Shown: piece by piece, positions 21,508 through 30,790 of the stretch | Layout: every line of letters starts with the position of its first letter | Position numbering within the stretch: the stretch's first letter is position 1 | Virus record (IMG/VR): IMGVR_UViG_2802429245_000003 | Direction: 5' to 3' (one strand) | Length of the DNA stretch: 34,179 nt | DNA from: a virus | Taxonomy: Duplodnaviria > Heunggongvirae > Uroviricota > Caudoviricetes | Translations under genes and position numbers: made by a program | The notes under the pieces: generated by a model | Databases searched by the model: none | What the model was told of the DNA's origin: nothing | What the model saw: only the letters and a program-made list of their open reading frames with translations

Positions 21508-21980
21508 ACCTCAATCTCACTGACCGTTCCGCCTGCTTCTTTGAATTTTGCAATCAGGCTGTCAACTTTATGCTCGAACTGACCATAACCAGCGCCCGGC
21601 AGTGAAGCCCATATATTACTGCAACGATCGATAGCCTGACGGATATCACCGCGATCAATCATCGGTAAAGCGCCACGCTCCTTAATCTGCTGCAGTGCAA
21701 CAGCGTCCTGGCTTTTCGGAGAGAAGTCTTTCAGGCCAAGCTGCTTGCGGTAGGCATCCCACCAACGGGAAAGAAGCTGGTAACGTCCAGCTGCGGTTGA
21801 TTTAAGTTGCGGGTTTAGCGTGACAAGTTTGCGAGGATGATCGGAGTAATCCGTGAATAGCTCACCACCTACAATAACGTCGTAGCCGTGATTGCGGGTT
21901 GGCTGTCTGCTGTTATCCGTTCCTTCTGACCACGCCAACATATCGAGGAAAGCTTTACGCTGAGGATTAAGATTTTGCAT
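21504..21980 (-). CDS. R: endolysin (lytic transglycosylase), lambda R type
   Basis: 158 aa; near-identical to lambda R ([95 protein letters not shown]…). Confidence 0.95.
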   Translation of the reverse strand: MQNLNPQRKAFLDMLAWSEGTDNSRQPTRNHGYDVIVGGELFTDYSDHPRKLVTLNPQLKSTAAGRYQLLSRWWDAYRKQLGLKDFSPKSQDAVALQQIKERGALPMIDRGDIRQAIDRCSNIWASLPGAGYGQFEHKVDSLIAKFKEAGGTVSEIEV

Positions 21981-22284
21981 TTTTCACCCCTGTCAGTCGT
22001 TCCCAGAAGTACGTCAGTGCAACCGAACCCATCGCACCACTAATCCCCGCCGTCGCGAGAATCATGTAAATGCTGAATCCACTTTCGATACTGATCAGGC
22101 CACCAATAACACCGGTGAATCCCGATACCACTATCTGAGCCAGAGCATTTATCCAGCTCCACGTTGCTTTACTCTGCTTCACATCTATCAGGTAGCGGAC
22201 CAGACCGCCCCAACCTGCGATGATCAGCAAAACGAGCCAGAACGCTCCGGCAAGGCTCTCTTTTTCGTGCATATGAATAGCCAA
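21967..22284 (-). CDS. holin (not lambda S type)
   Basis: 105 aa with three hydrophobic helices, directly upstream of and overlapping the endolysin; possible dual-start motif MAIHM. Confidence 0.7.
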   Translation of the reverse strand: MAIHMHEKESLAGAFWLVLLIIAGWGGLVRYLIDVKQSKATWSWINALAQIVVSGFTGVIGGLISIESGFSIYMILATAGISGAMGSVALTYFWERLTGVKNAKS

Positions 22285-22387
22285 TGTTTCGCCGCCGACA
22301 AAAGGCCGGGACGTTAAATGTCAGAAATTAGGCTCACGGGGTAATTTAACGACAAAGCACGGAGTTGATGCTCCCCGCAAGCCTGGA

Positions 22388-22412
22388 ATAAAAAAGCCAG
22401 CATGTAGCTGGC
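22388..22412 (-). terminator. rho-independent terminator, tR'-like, between the Q-like gene and the holin
   Basis: Minus strand GCCAGC-UACAU-GCUGGC followed by UUUUUUAUU; a second hairpin plus U-tract lies upstream at about 22491-22527. Confidence 0.6.
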
Positions 22413-22581
22413 AACAGAGGGTTAAGCAATATCAACTCAACAGCTGAAGACACCCTGGCTGGGGTAGGTTGGAAGGTTACTCACCGTCCAGAAACAGAAA
22501 AGCCCAAGGCTTTAAACCTCGGGCTTGAATTTGGATTACTGCCAGTGCGTACACCATTGACAGAATATCAGATTTACATGA

Positions 22582-22610
22582 AATATATGCCTTTTAATCC
22601 AGTTTTGCAA
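22582..22610 (-). promoter_or_regulatory. candidate late promoter PR' (TTGCAA-17-TATATT) overlapping the 3' end of the Q-like gene
   Basis: Minus strand -35 TTGCAA (22605-22610), 17-nt spacer, -10 TATATT (22582-22587); roughly 175 nt upstream of the tR'-like terminator, like the lambda PR'-6S-tR' layout. Confidence 0.4.
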
Positions 22611-23283
22611 TACTTTGCTGTGAAAATGTCGCCTTTTGCTTTGAACGTGTTTTCGTTAAAAGCAATAAAGCTTGGCTATCAAGCTGTAGAAAAATGTGCT
22701 TCATTGCAACCCAGCGTTCAGTAAATGTCTCAGACCAGTTTTTTGATGTCACTCCCACCAGTAATGCCAGCTCCTGGTATTCATAGGTCTTACGCCCTGC
22801 CAGCTCGTTCTTCACATCCTGTGCCGCCAGCCAGATCAACTTCTTTAAGCGTTCCAGTGTCTTACTGGCAATTTTTCTTGTACCTAACAGCGCCTTAAAC
22901 TCGCTCCATGCCCACTGCGTTATGGCAACCTGATGCTCCCAGCGAATATTTTCACTGTAACTCCACAGCAACCACGCTTTCTGATGTTCATCGAGAGACA
23001 AAATCGCACGCCGCCACGAAGAGGTTGAAAACTCGACCAAACTGACCAGGGCGACAGATGAACCTTTTGCGTACGACTGTTTACCGGAAATCGGCGGATT
23101 ATCCAGCGTAATCATCTTGCCAGTTACCACATCCAGAATGCGCGGCTTCTTTCGTTTGTATGTACCAGTATCAAATTGTGCATGCTCCAGCCAGGCTTCA
23201 AACTGGCCTTTCGTTGCTCCGCTCAAATCAGCGGTAGCCACCATGAGTTGCTCGCGGACATACTGTAAATATTGGGTATTCAT
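22594..23283 (-). CDS. late-gene antiterminator, Q-like (assigned mainly by position)
   Basis: 229-aa ORF between the nin genes and PR'/lysis cassette; start overlaps ylcG stop. Confidence 0.55.
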   Translation of the reverse strand: MNTQYLQYVREQLMVATADLSGATKGQFEAWLEHAQFDTGTYKRKKPRILDVVTGKMITLDNPPISGKQSYAKGSSVALVSLVEFSTSSWRRAILSLDEHQKAWLLWSYSENIRWEHQVAITQWAWSEFKALLGTRKIASKTLERLKKLIWLAAQDVKNELAGRKTYEYQELALLVGVTSKNWSETFTERWVAMKHIFLQLDSQALLLLTKTRSKQKATFSQQSIAKLD

Positions 23284-23420
23284 GCGGCAGCTCCTTTCAG
23301 TGTTTTGGCGTAATTCCTCAGTATTCGGTAATCGGTCAAAACAGAACCGGGGAAACGATATAAGCGCAGGCGCATCCAGCAGTGGCGAAGAAGCTCTGCC
23401 ATATAAAACTCAAACATCAT
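23280..23420 (-). CDS. ylcG: YlcG-like small protein
   Basis: 46-aa [49 protein letters not shown], found by manual translation; ATG overlaps rusA stop and its stop overlaps the Q-like start. Confidence 0.6.
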   Translation of the reverse strand: MMFEFYMAELLRHCWMRLRLYRFPGSVLTDYRILRNYAKTLKGAAA

Positions 23421-23779
23421 TCATCTCCCTGTTCAGTGATGGTCAGTTCCAGCTTTCCACCTTTGACAACCGGCATCTTCACAACGCGGTAATCAACGAC
23501 CTGAGCATCATCCAACCAGAAACCTGCTTTGGTGAGTGCGTCAAAAGCGGCCTTTTGTAGATTATCCAGGTCACGGCGACGGCGATCCGGCATGTGACAC
23601 TCAATGCGGATTTTCACAGGAATAGCCAGGCCGATATCCAGCATTGCGTTTTTAATGATTCGGGCGACGTTTTCGCGGTATGCCTGCCCCTCTGCGCTGA
23701 TGTGCGTGCGCCCGCGATTATGGCGGTAATAGCGATTATTGCCCGGCGGCCAGGGTAATGTGATATTGTAGGTATTCAC
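23417..23779 (-). CDS. rusA: Holliday-junction resolvase RusA
   Basis: 120 aa; [107 protein letters not shown] matches E. coli RusA. Confidence 0.95.
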   Translation of the reverse strand: MNTYNITLPWPPGNNRYYRHNRGRTHISAEGQAYRENVARIIKNAMLDIGLAIPVKIRIECHMPDRRRRDLDNLQKAAFDALTKAGFWLDDAQVVDYRVVKMPVVKGGKLELTITEQGDE

Positions 23780-24066
23780 GCCTTAATTACCCCCTCTTTC
23801 AGCCAGATAACCTGCGTTCTCGCCATACCTTCCAGCGCGCATTCTTTTGCATACTCAGCATCGACAAAATGTGTGCGGCGGTCGATTTCGTCGTGGCAGG
23901 CAGAACATGCAATGGTGGCAATCAGGTCTGGCGGTTTGATACCGGTACCGCACAATCCAGCCAGCCGGATATGTGCCAGTACAGACGTTTCAGGATTGCC
24001 ATTACATATGCCAGGGATTCTTACCTGGCATTCCCGACCACGCGCTGCTTTTCTCAAATCAGCCAT
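23776..24066 (-). CDS. ybcO: YbcO-like protein (DUF1364-type, Cys-rich)
   Basis: 96 aa from ATG at 24066 ([23 protein letters not shown]…[11 protein letters not shown]…); AGGAGG ribosome-binding site; DLP12-like order ybcN-ninE-ybcO-rusA. Confidence 0.75.
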   Translation of the reverse strand: MADLRKAARGRECQVRIPGICNGNPETSVLAHIRLAGLCGTGIKPPDLIATIACSACHDEIDRRTHFVDAEYAKECALEGMARTQVIWLKEGVIKA

Positions 24067-24229
24067 GATTCCTCCTTGCTGCCAGTCGCAACCATTTTTT
24101 ATCAACCAGGCTGGCGGTATATCCGAGCAGTGTTGGTATTTCGGATGGTTTCAGCTCAGGCTTACGCTTACGACGATTTGGTACTTTGTAGATGTGTCCG
24201 TTCATGACACGAATAAGCGGTGTAGCCAT
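24059..24229 (-). CDS. ninE: NinE-like protein
   Basis: 56-aa [59 protein letters not shown], found by manual translation; start overlaps ybcN stop. Confidence 0.75.
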   Translation of the reverse strand: MATPLIRVMNGHIYKVPNRRKRKPELKPSEIPTLLGYTASLVDKKWLRLAARRNHG

Positions 24230-24684
24230 TACGCCTCCTGCTTATCACGCAGCAGCTGGAACTCGCAGCTCTGCGGAATAGTCAGGTGGCAGCCAATATT
24301 CATCGCCCAGGCTTCAACCTTACACAGGAAGACATACATCTCTCCGGTATCGAGGTCGGAGGTATGGCGTAACGACTGAATAGTGGTGATTTCACCGGTT
24401 ATGACATCAACCAGTTCTTTGGTTTCATAACCGAGGTATGTGTGTTTGAGAGCATCTTTTACCCATGCTGCAGTAGCGAACGATTTCCCCCTGCTTATGA
24501 GGTATTCACTGATTTCGCTGTACCACATGTGGCTAAGTGCATTCTGGGAAAGACTGCGTCTCTCGCGCCACGGTTTAAGCACCATGCGAAAGCATTTTCC
24601 GTCCTCCAGATAAGGCTGGATCTGCTGGCCGATAGCGGTGAAGTTCCCGCGATGTAATTTGATGCCGTCTTGTGGGAGGTTCAC
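24229..24684 (-). CDS. ybcN: YbcN-like protein (DLP12 nin-region protein)
   Basis: 151 aa, [61 protein letters not shown]… matches E. coli YbcN from memory. Confidence 0.8.
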   Translation of the reverse strand: MNLPQDGIKLHRGNFTAIGQQIQPYLEDGKCFRMVLKPWRERRSLSQNALSHMWYSEISEYLISRGKSFATAAWVKDALKHTYLGYETKELVDVITGEITTIQSLRHTSDLDTGEMYVFLCKVEAWAMNIGCHLTIPQSCEFQLLRDKQEA

Positions 24685-24805
24685 GCTTCACCTCCGCAGA
24701 GGTCAAACGTTGGATACAAAGAACCACAGGTGCATTTCTGCATCTGTGAAGGGAGAAGAGAGTTTAGATTGTATGTGCGCATAAACGTCCCCGTTTAGCG
24801 CAGAA

Positions 24806-24838
24806 GTCACCGGAGTTGTTCAGGCTCCGGTGTTTTTA
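24806..24838 (+). terminator. terminator-like hairpin at the edge of the AT-rich island
   Basis: CACCGGAG-N9-CTCCGGTG followed by TTTTTATTG on the plus strand; no obvious plus-strand gene upstream, so its role is unclear. Confidence 0.35.
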
Positions 24839-25267
24839 TTGTGACAGCTTGATAATTAAAAATCAATAAGCCTTCAAAGGACATAAACAAGCTAATAGCT
24901 TCTACTTTAGTTTATACGATATTACCTTAAGAGAATTAACATAATCAACGAAACCACTCATATATTTATCTAAGATTCCTTTATTACACAGAACATATTA
25001 CGACATAATTCCAATATGCATTTTTTGTAAAATAACTGCAGAGATACCTAGCGCTATGCTGTTAACTTGCAGTAATATTCAACATATCAATCTTTTATGG
25101 GAGCTTAAACCACTTCTTATTTTTTCATCTAAGTAATATATTGCAAATGCATATACCTGGATAATCAGAACAAGAGATTCCAATCACCATAACTTCACAT
25201 TAAAAAAAATATTAATGTACACTTAATTATGTGTGCATACTTTAACAATACATAATACATTTTATTT

Positions 25268-25798
25268 TTACGATACATGGATTTTAAAAGCTGTAAAAGA
25301 CCACTTCCTCAGAAGTGGCTTGCAGACTGCCCCTATAAGCAAGCGACTGTCATATTCTGCGTTCGACTCTAGCAACTCCGGTAACTGTTCGTGTGCTTGC
25401 TCCATCTTTTCCTGATGTCTAACATACCGCCTGATAATTTTTTCGGTCGTGCCTACTATATCGACAAAGTAACCTCGTGAACCCAAATTGTTTCCCCATA
25501 ACTTCGTCCTGATATGCGGGAATAGATTGTAGAGCCTGATTTCGCTGCAACCTTTTAGGTTTTCTCATCAGAGTAGATATTGAGATTTATGACGGCACGA
25601 TTACTACAAAATGCAATGATCTGGCTGTACACTTAAATCCGGAACCTCGCAATCTTTTATTCCACGCAGAATACAAATGGTTCTGTACAGCTCCTTGTCC
25701 AATTTATCTCTCAGAATCCTAAAGCGGTACTTTGGCGCCCAGACTGTGTGATATTTGCAACGCCAATATACATATGATGAACTTCTGTAAAACCCCAT
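25268..25798 (-). pseudogene. tnpA: IS200/IS605-family tnpA (Y1 transposase) disrupted by in-frame stop codons
   Basis: Two same-frame ORF pieces (WRCKYHTVWAPKYR…DHCIL and RGYFVDIVGTTEKIIRRYVRHQEKMEQ) align to IS200 TnpA; the segment between them reads through TAG, TAA and TGA-TGA in the same frame. Confidence 0.6.
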
Positions 25799-26151
25799 GT
25801 CAGTTTTTCTCCTTTTACTTGTGGTGAGTAAGCAGAGATATTCAGATATGGGAATTCTTCAGGTTATAGCCTTACAGGAGCAATCACCAGCCCCCTTTGC
25901 GGTGGTTAATATTTAATTGTATTCCACATAGTGCTTACTAATCAACCAAAAACACAACATACTGAACACTTCGCTTAACTCCACCTATTGCCGTAGATGC
26001 ATTAATTGAAGTAGAATATTTTCCAGGAGATGTAATCTCAGATAAAAGTAAATTACGCACATTGACTCTTAAATAGGTTTATTTCTAAAAATAAAACTCC
26101 ATATATTTATTCTTAACATAAAACCAGAAAGATGCATAACAGGATGAAGCC

Positions 26152-27471
26152 ATGGATAAAAAATACACAGATAAATTAGAAGCTTGCGAGTACTTGCAAA
26201 ATGTTGACATTTGGCTTGATAATGGAAATGTTGACATGTTTAAAGTATCAGATATTTTAAACAATCTGTTGAAATTAGGTGATTTTGAGAAATTTGACCA
26301 TACACTTTCACTTTTAAAAGCTGAAAGCTTTGCAGAGAAAATAAAGTTTCGTCTTTCACGAGTTGAAAGTCAACGGGATAGTATATTACACGTTATCAGA
26401 GAAGGTGATAAGAATAAAAACCTTAGAAAAATAATACTAAAATCATATGACACAAAAAAAACAGAAATAAAATCACTATTCAATATATTCTCCAGAGAAA
26501 GCGGGCTATATTTTAGGAATAACCATGGAAATCACTACAGTTATTTTGAAGATGATTTCTTAGATTACAGCAATACTGTAAAAAACACACTTAGAGACAA
26601 AGGTTTTGCGAAAAAACTTTTACAGCACAATCAAGAAAAATTTAGAATTCTCGATGATGCGATAGTTCATACTTTCAATCATAATTTCTATGCCATTTCA
26701 GATAAAAATGGTTATTACGACTCAACAAATGCAGCCCGTCTGGCAAAACTTAGCCATGTTAATTATATTAATAACGACAATGAAATAAGATATATTGATA
26801 AGGCTATTTTTTTGCCCATAGACCATGCATGCAATAACTATTATCATGCTCTTAGTGAATGTTTCGGAGGATTGAAATTTATAACAGAATTACCTGATGA
26901 CATTCCTATAGTCTTTACGGAAGACAGATTTAATGTATTGGATTTTATTGCATCGCGCCTATGTATAGACCGCAAACGTTTTATTTCTATACAAACACTT
27001 GCTAATACTCGAATTAAAAAGGCACTACAATTATATCCATATAGTTTTAACTGGAGTGAAGATATTTTTCATTTTTTTAAAAAAATATCATACCCACAAA
27101 CAACAGACTCTAAAATATATATTTCAAGGAGAAAGTCAAGCCGTGGCCCATTAAATGAATTTGAAGTTGAAAATGAGCTTAAAGAATTAGGTTTTGATAT
27201 ACTATACGCTGAAGACCTTGACTTTGCGCAACAGGTTTCAATTTTCTCAAATGCAAGCATCCTTATTGGCCCTCATGGCGCAGGCCTCACCAACATTCTT
27301 TTTATGCCTAAGAATAGCACCCTTATCGAAATATTTAACAGTGAATATATCCAACCTGATTTCTATCTAAGATCTCGCCATAATAACATGAAATATGCAT
27401 GTACCATTCAATTTAATAATACCTTCAATATCGAAGAGATAAAAGAAATCATAGAAAGGTGTCAAGAATAA
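26152..27471 (+). CDS. DUF563 / glycosyltransferase family 61-like protein (AT-rich moron)
   Basis: 439 aa; C-terminal signature …ISRRKSSRGPLNEFEVENELKELGF…ASILIGPHGAGLTNILFMP… typical of GT61/DUF563 enzymes; AGGA ribosome-binding site; AT content much higher than the surrounding phage backbone; no obvious signal peptide or TM helix. Confidence 0.65.
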   Translation: MDKKYTDKLEACEYLQNVDIWLDNGNVDMFKVSDILNNLLKLGDFEKFDHTLSLLKAESFAEKIKFRLSRVESQRDSILHVIREGDKNKNLRKIILKSYDTKKTEIKSLFNIFSRESGLYFRNNHGNHYSYFEDDFLDYSNTVKNTLRDKGFAKKLLQHNQEKFRILDDAIVHTFNHNFYAISDKNGYYDSTNAARLAKLSHVNYINNDNEIRYIDKAIFLPIDHACNNYYHALSECFGGLKFITELPDDIPIVFTEDRFNVLDFIASRLCIDRKRFISIQTLANTRIKKALQLYPYSFNWSEDIFHFFKKISYPQTTDSKIYISRRKSSRGPLNEFEVENELKELGFDILYAEDLDFAQQVSIFSNASILIGPHGAGLTNILFMPKNSTLIEIFNSEYIQPDFYLRSRHNNMKYACTIQFNNTFNIEEIKEIIERCQE

Positions 27472-28111
27472 GTTCTCAATACTCTTTTCATTAGAGCTTG
27501 TATATTAGCCAGTTACATTAAATCAATGAAATTTATACCATCTAACAAAAAAGTTGGGTGGTATACCTCAACAACTTGATTTATAAATAAATTTAACAAA
27601 AAACCAGCATTAACTTAACGGTAATATCTCTAAGTGAATAATTTATCATATATGTTTCTCTCCTTTGATATATCCATAGCCAGCGTAGCTGTTCATTGCT
27701 CTCATTACTAATTTTCTCAGGTTTCTCATCGTGCCCCTCCACACACTAAAGGGTATGACCTGTTCGGCTGATGGATTCCTCAACTTACTTACACTTGTAG
27801 AGTACATAAACCTAGAGCTAAAGAGCAGATCTCATAACTGTATCAATACTCTCCATCAGTTTAAAAAAACTCCCCACCACGAATAATATTATCATCGAAA
27901 AGTCATTATATCTTGTGTTCCTAAGCATGTGCCGTATATATCTTCAAGAAAGCCGCAGCATAACTCATCAAGCACTGCCAAATCCGGTCTCATTTGACGT
28001 AAATTTAATCACACATTATACTTTTCCCCACAGTTTTATTAATTGTTACAGCATCTAATCTCATGCTCTTAAACTACCATTTACCGTCACGACCCGTTTC
28101 ATCGCGGCACT

Positions 28112-28282
28112 CTACCGACACTCCTCAAAAATCAGGTTCGTGCTCACCTTTTCTTCCTGTGCCATTTTAGCCGCAGCCTGATTTATACTGGTTACTGTTG
28201 CGCCTGTTACCGCAGCAACGTCCTGCGCACAGAAGTTCTTATGAGTCCCCAGGTAATGAATAATTGCCTCTTTGACCGTCAT
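28112..28282 (-). CDS. ren: Ren-like protein, internally shortened
   Basis: 56-aa ORF MTVKEAIIHYLGTHKNFCAQDVAAVTGATVTSINQAAAKMAQEEKVSTNLIFEECR matches both ends of lambda Ren (96 aa) but lacks the central segment; ATG overlaps P stop. Confidence 0.65.
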   Translation of the reverse strand: MTVKEAIIHYLGTHKNFCAQDVAAVTGATVTSINQAAAKMAQEEKVSTNLIFEECR

Positions 28283-28980
28283 ACCCTTGCTCCTTTCAGC
28301 CCAAACTTAGCTTTGATTTCTGCGATCTTCGCCAGAGCCTGTGCACGATTTAGAGGTCTACCGCCCATGACAGGGATTTGTTTTACTGGTTCAGGTATAG
28401 CCTCACCACGGTTAATTCGCGCTGTCATACAGGACAGTTCATCGGCAGCCTTGCGCCGTAATTCCGCATCAGTAAGCGCATTGGCCCGCATGTTCTGGTA
28501 CAGGTTGGTAACCAGCCAGTAGTGCGCGTTTGATTTCCACGGATAAGACTCTGCATCTGGATACAGGCCACGCTTCCGACAATACTCATAGACCATATCA
28601 ACCAGCTCGCTGACGTTTGGCAGCCCGACGTTAACGGATGCTTCTTCCCGGCACCAGGCGACAAACTGCCCGGGTGATGGCAGGAATGGTCGATTCTGCC
28701 GACGGGCTACGCGCATTCCAGCGTTAACCTGTTCCATCGTGGTGATCCCATTTTCCCGGAAAGCCAGAACCCACTGGCGGCGGATTTCGTTCAGTTCATT
28801 CTGGTCCCGGTTAGCCAGGCTCGCCGGGAAAGTTGCCAGTAACTGGCTGAACACACCATTGATAATCTGCGCTACCTGCTGTACCTGCGGCTTTTCGTCG
28901 TACTGTTCCGGCATGTTATTGGCGATCCGGCGCATCTGCTCACGGTCAAAATTAACCATCTGTGCGGCGATGTTTTTCAT
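28279..28980 (-). CDS. P: replication protein P (DnaB helicase loader), lambda type
   Basis: 233 aa, essentially lambda P throughout (MKNIAAQMVNFDREQMRRIANNMPEQYDEKPQVQQVAQIINGVFSQLLATFPASLANRDQNE…). Confidence 0.95.
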   Translation of the reverse strand: MKNIAAQMVNFDREQMRRIANNMPEQYDEKPQVQQVAQIINGVFSQLLATFPASLANRDQNELNEIRRQWVLAFRENGITTMEQVNAGMRVARRQNRPFLPSPGQFVAWCREEASVNVGLPNVSELVDMVYEYCRKRGLYPDAESYPWKSNAHYWLVTNLYQNMRANALTDAELRRKAADELSCMTARINRGEAIPEPVKQIPVMGGRPLNRAQALAKIAEIKAKFGLKGARV

Positions 28981-29996
28981 AGCTCCACCCCGTAAATCCA
29001 GTCAGTGTTCGTCAGGTCGAGTTTTGGTTTTCCGGCTGTCACGCCTGCCTGTTGCTTGTTTCGGTTGATTTCGAGCTGGGTCCACTTGTCGCGGAGTTTG
29101 GCCGGACTTAGCACGTTACCGGACCAGAAGTTGTCCTGGCATGCCCAGCGGAACAGCACGCACATGTCGCGGTGGTTACGTCCGTCACGTTCACGCATCA
29201 GGCGGATATCGTTAGCCCACCCTGCAAAATTCGGTTTTCTGGCTGATGGCGCGATGGTCTTCACCATGTCAAACATCCACTCTGCGGCGGTCAGGTCTTC
29301 TGCTGTCCCCCACTTGCTGCCGCTCTGAATTGCAGCATCTGGTTTCACCACAGGAAGATCGTTTTCTGGTTGGTCAGAGGATTCGCCAGAATTCTCGGAC
29401 GAAAAAGATTTTATATTGTCTTTTGTTAGTTTGTCTTTTGTGTTTACCTTATTCGGGTAAACGCCTTTACCTGATTTGGGTAAACTTTTCTTACCTGATT
29501 CAGGTAAATTTACCTCTTTCAGGTAAACTTTATTTTTCTTACCTGATTCGGGTAATGTTGACCATTCACTGACCACATTATTAATACCGATATTCCGCCC
29601 GCTCTGAATCAAAATCCCACGCTTTACCAGAACACTTTTTGCAGCAGAACACTTGTGCGGCAATATCCCGGTCAATTCGGACAGTTGCTCGTTGCTCACC
29701 CAATCCAGTTTTTTATTAAAGCCATATGTTTTGCGCATGACAGCCAGGAAGACCAGAAGCTGGTGCTGTGTTAATCCGGCCAGCATCACAGCTTCCAGCA
29801 ACTCATTTGCAATGCGCGTATAACCATCATCGAGATCTGCCACGCGCGGCTCCTTTTGTGCCGCATCCGGCACTGGAAAATTGAATATCTCAGCAGTGTT
29901 TGCCATAATTCCTCCCGCAATGAGTGTGTTACGATTTGCACCTGAAAGTCGGTTCTGTTCCAGCAGACCGGCTTTCGCCATTTCTGAACCTGTCAT
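28977..29996 (-). CDS. O: replication initiator O, lambda-type C-terminus with divergent origin-binding N-terminus
   Basis: 339 aa; C-terminal two-thirds (…SSENSGESSDQPENDL.VVKPDAAIQSGSKWGTAEDLTAAEWMFDMVKTIAPSARKPNFAGWANDIRLMRERDGRNHRDMCVLFRWACQDNFWSGNVLSPAKLRDKWTQLEINRNKQQAGVTA.KPKLDLTNTDWIYGV.L) matches lambda O; the N-terminal domain differs and contains the iterons. Confidence 0.95.
   Translation of the reverse strand: MTGSEMAKAGLLEQNRLSGANRNTLIAGGIMANTAEIFNFPVPDAAQKEPRVADLDDGYTRIANELLEAVMLAGLTQHQLLVFLAVMRKTYGFNKKLDWVSNEQLSELTGILPHKCSAAKSVLVKRGILIQSGRNIGINNVVSEWSTLPESGKKNKVYLKEVNLPESGKKSLPKSGKGVYPNKVNTKDKLTKDNIKSFSSENSGESSDQPENDLPVVKPDAAIQSGSKWGTAEDLTAAEWMFDMVKTIAPSARKPNFAGWANDIRLMRERDGRNHRDMCVLFRWACQDNFWSGNVLSPAKLRDKWTQLEINRNKQQAGVTAGKPKLDLTNTDWIYGVEL
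29444..29555. repeat. replication origin iterons inside the O gene: five 17-bp TTACC-N7-GGTAA repeats next to an AT-rich tract
   Basis: TTACCTTATTCGGGTAA (29444), TTACCTGATTTGGGTAA (29467), TTACCTGATTCAGGTAA (29491), TTACCTCTTTCAGGTAA (29510), TTACCTGATTCGGGTAA (29539); AT-rich stretch at 29401-29443 in the direction of O translation, as at ori-lambda. Confidence 0.8.
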
Positions 29997-30538
29997 ATCG
30001 CCCCCAGCATGGTAGTAACCATCGCCATCAATGGACCAGCCAGATCTGGGTCCACACGAAACATCGACACAATACCTTCACTAATTTCCTTCAGTTTCTG
30101 GTGGCGTGGTGCGTTGAGAATGACAGCCTGTTTTGCCTCACTGAGTTCCTTTTCCATTTCAGCCAACCTAGCCATGAAGCTATCCTGCTCAACCAGGTAA
30201 CCGCGATATTCCAGCGGTAGTACCGCCAGAATTGCCGGGGTCAGTTCACGCACGTTATTTCGGTATTTTTCAGAATCGAATTTGTTATCGAGGAAGCGGA
30301 ACAGCTTCTGGCGTGCACGGCTGACATCATCAGGGAAATCGATGGTGCCGCCGCCCTGCTCCCGATACTCATTCACAATGAGTGCGGCAACAACATCCTG
30401 ATTATCTGCAGCCGACCAGGCGCGGACGGCATCACGGATTTTTTCGTGGCCTGGAGCTTGTTTTGTTTGAGAACGATTTATCACCGCAGTCGGGCTAAAT
30501 CCGCTAGTCTGTTGGTATGTAAGTGGTTGCATAGTCAT
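29993..30538 (-). CDS. YdaT-like protein occupying the cII position
   Basis: 181 aa between the cro-like gene and O; central region (…NEYREQGGG…LTPAILAVLPLEYRGYL…) resembles E. coli Rac YdaT as I recall it. Confidence 0.6.
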   Translation of the reverse strand: MTMQPLTYQQTSGFSPTAVINRSQTKQAPGHEKIRDAVRAWSAADNQDVVAALIVNEYREQGGGTIDFPDDVSRARQKLFRFLDNKFDSEKYRNNVRELTPAILAVLPLEYRGYLVEQDSFMARLAEMEKELSEAKQAVILNAPRHQKLKEISEGIVSMFRVDPDLAGPLMAMVTTMLGAI

Positions 30539-30562
30539 TGCCTTATCAGTTAACGCCGCAGT

Positions 30563-30790
30563 TTAGGCGGCAGAATTACTCGCGTTAAACAATGGTGCGA
30601 GGTCGGGACGAATATCTGCTGGTTTAATCTTTCCACCAGTGGCTGAGACAATTTTCATTACATAGCGGGCATCAATTCCGCCACCGTGTAGCCAACGCCA
30701 AACAGTGGGTTGGGCTACACCGCATAGATCTGCCAGTCGTTTTTGACTACCTGTAATACTGATTGCGAGTTGAATGGTTTGATTTGTCAT
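30563..30790 (-). CDS. cro: Cro-like HTH regulator
   Basis: 75 aa from ATG at 30790 with AGGA ribosome-binding site; HTH segment (SQKRLADLCGVAQPTVWRW); divergent from the CI-like gene across the operator region. Confidence 0.7.
   Translation of the reverse strand: MTNQTIQLAISITGSQKRLADLCGVAQPTVWRWLHGGGIDARYVMKIVSATGGKIKPADIRPDLAPLFNASNSAA

Noticed and set aside
29444-29555. Array of five regularly spaced 17-bp repeats that could be mistaken for a CRISPR array
   Set aside because: The repeats are internally palindromic (TTACC-N7-GGTAA), spaced by only 2-12 bp, lie inside the O coding sequence and abut an AT-rich tract: replication-origin iterons, not CRISPR.
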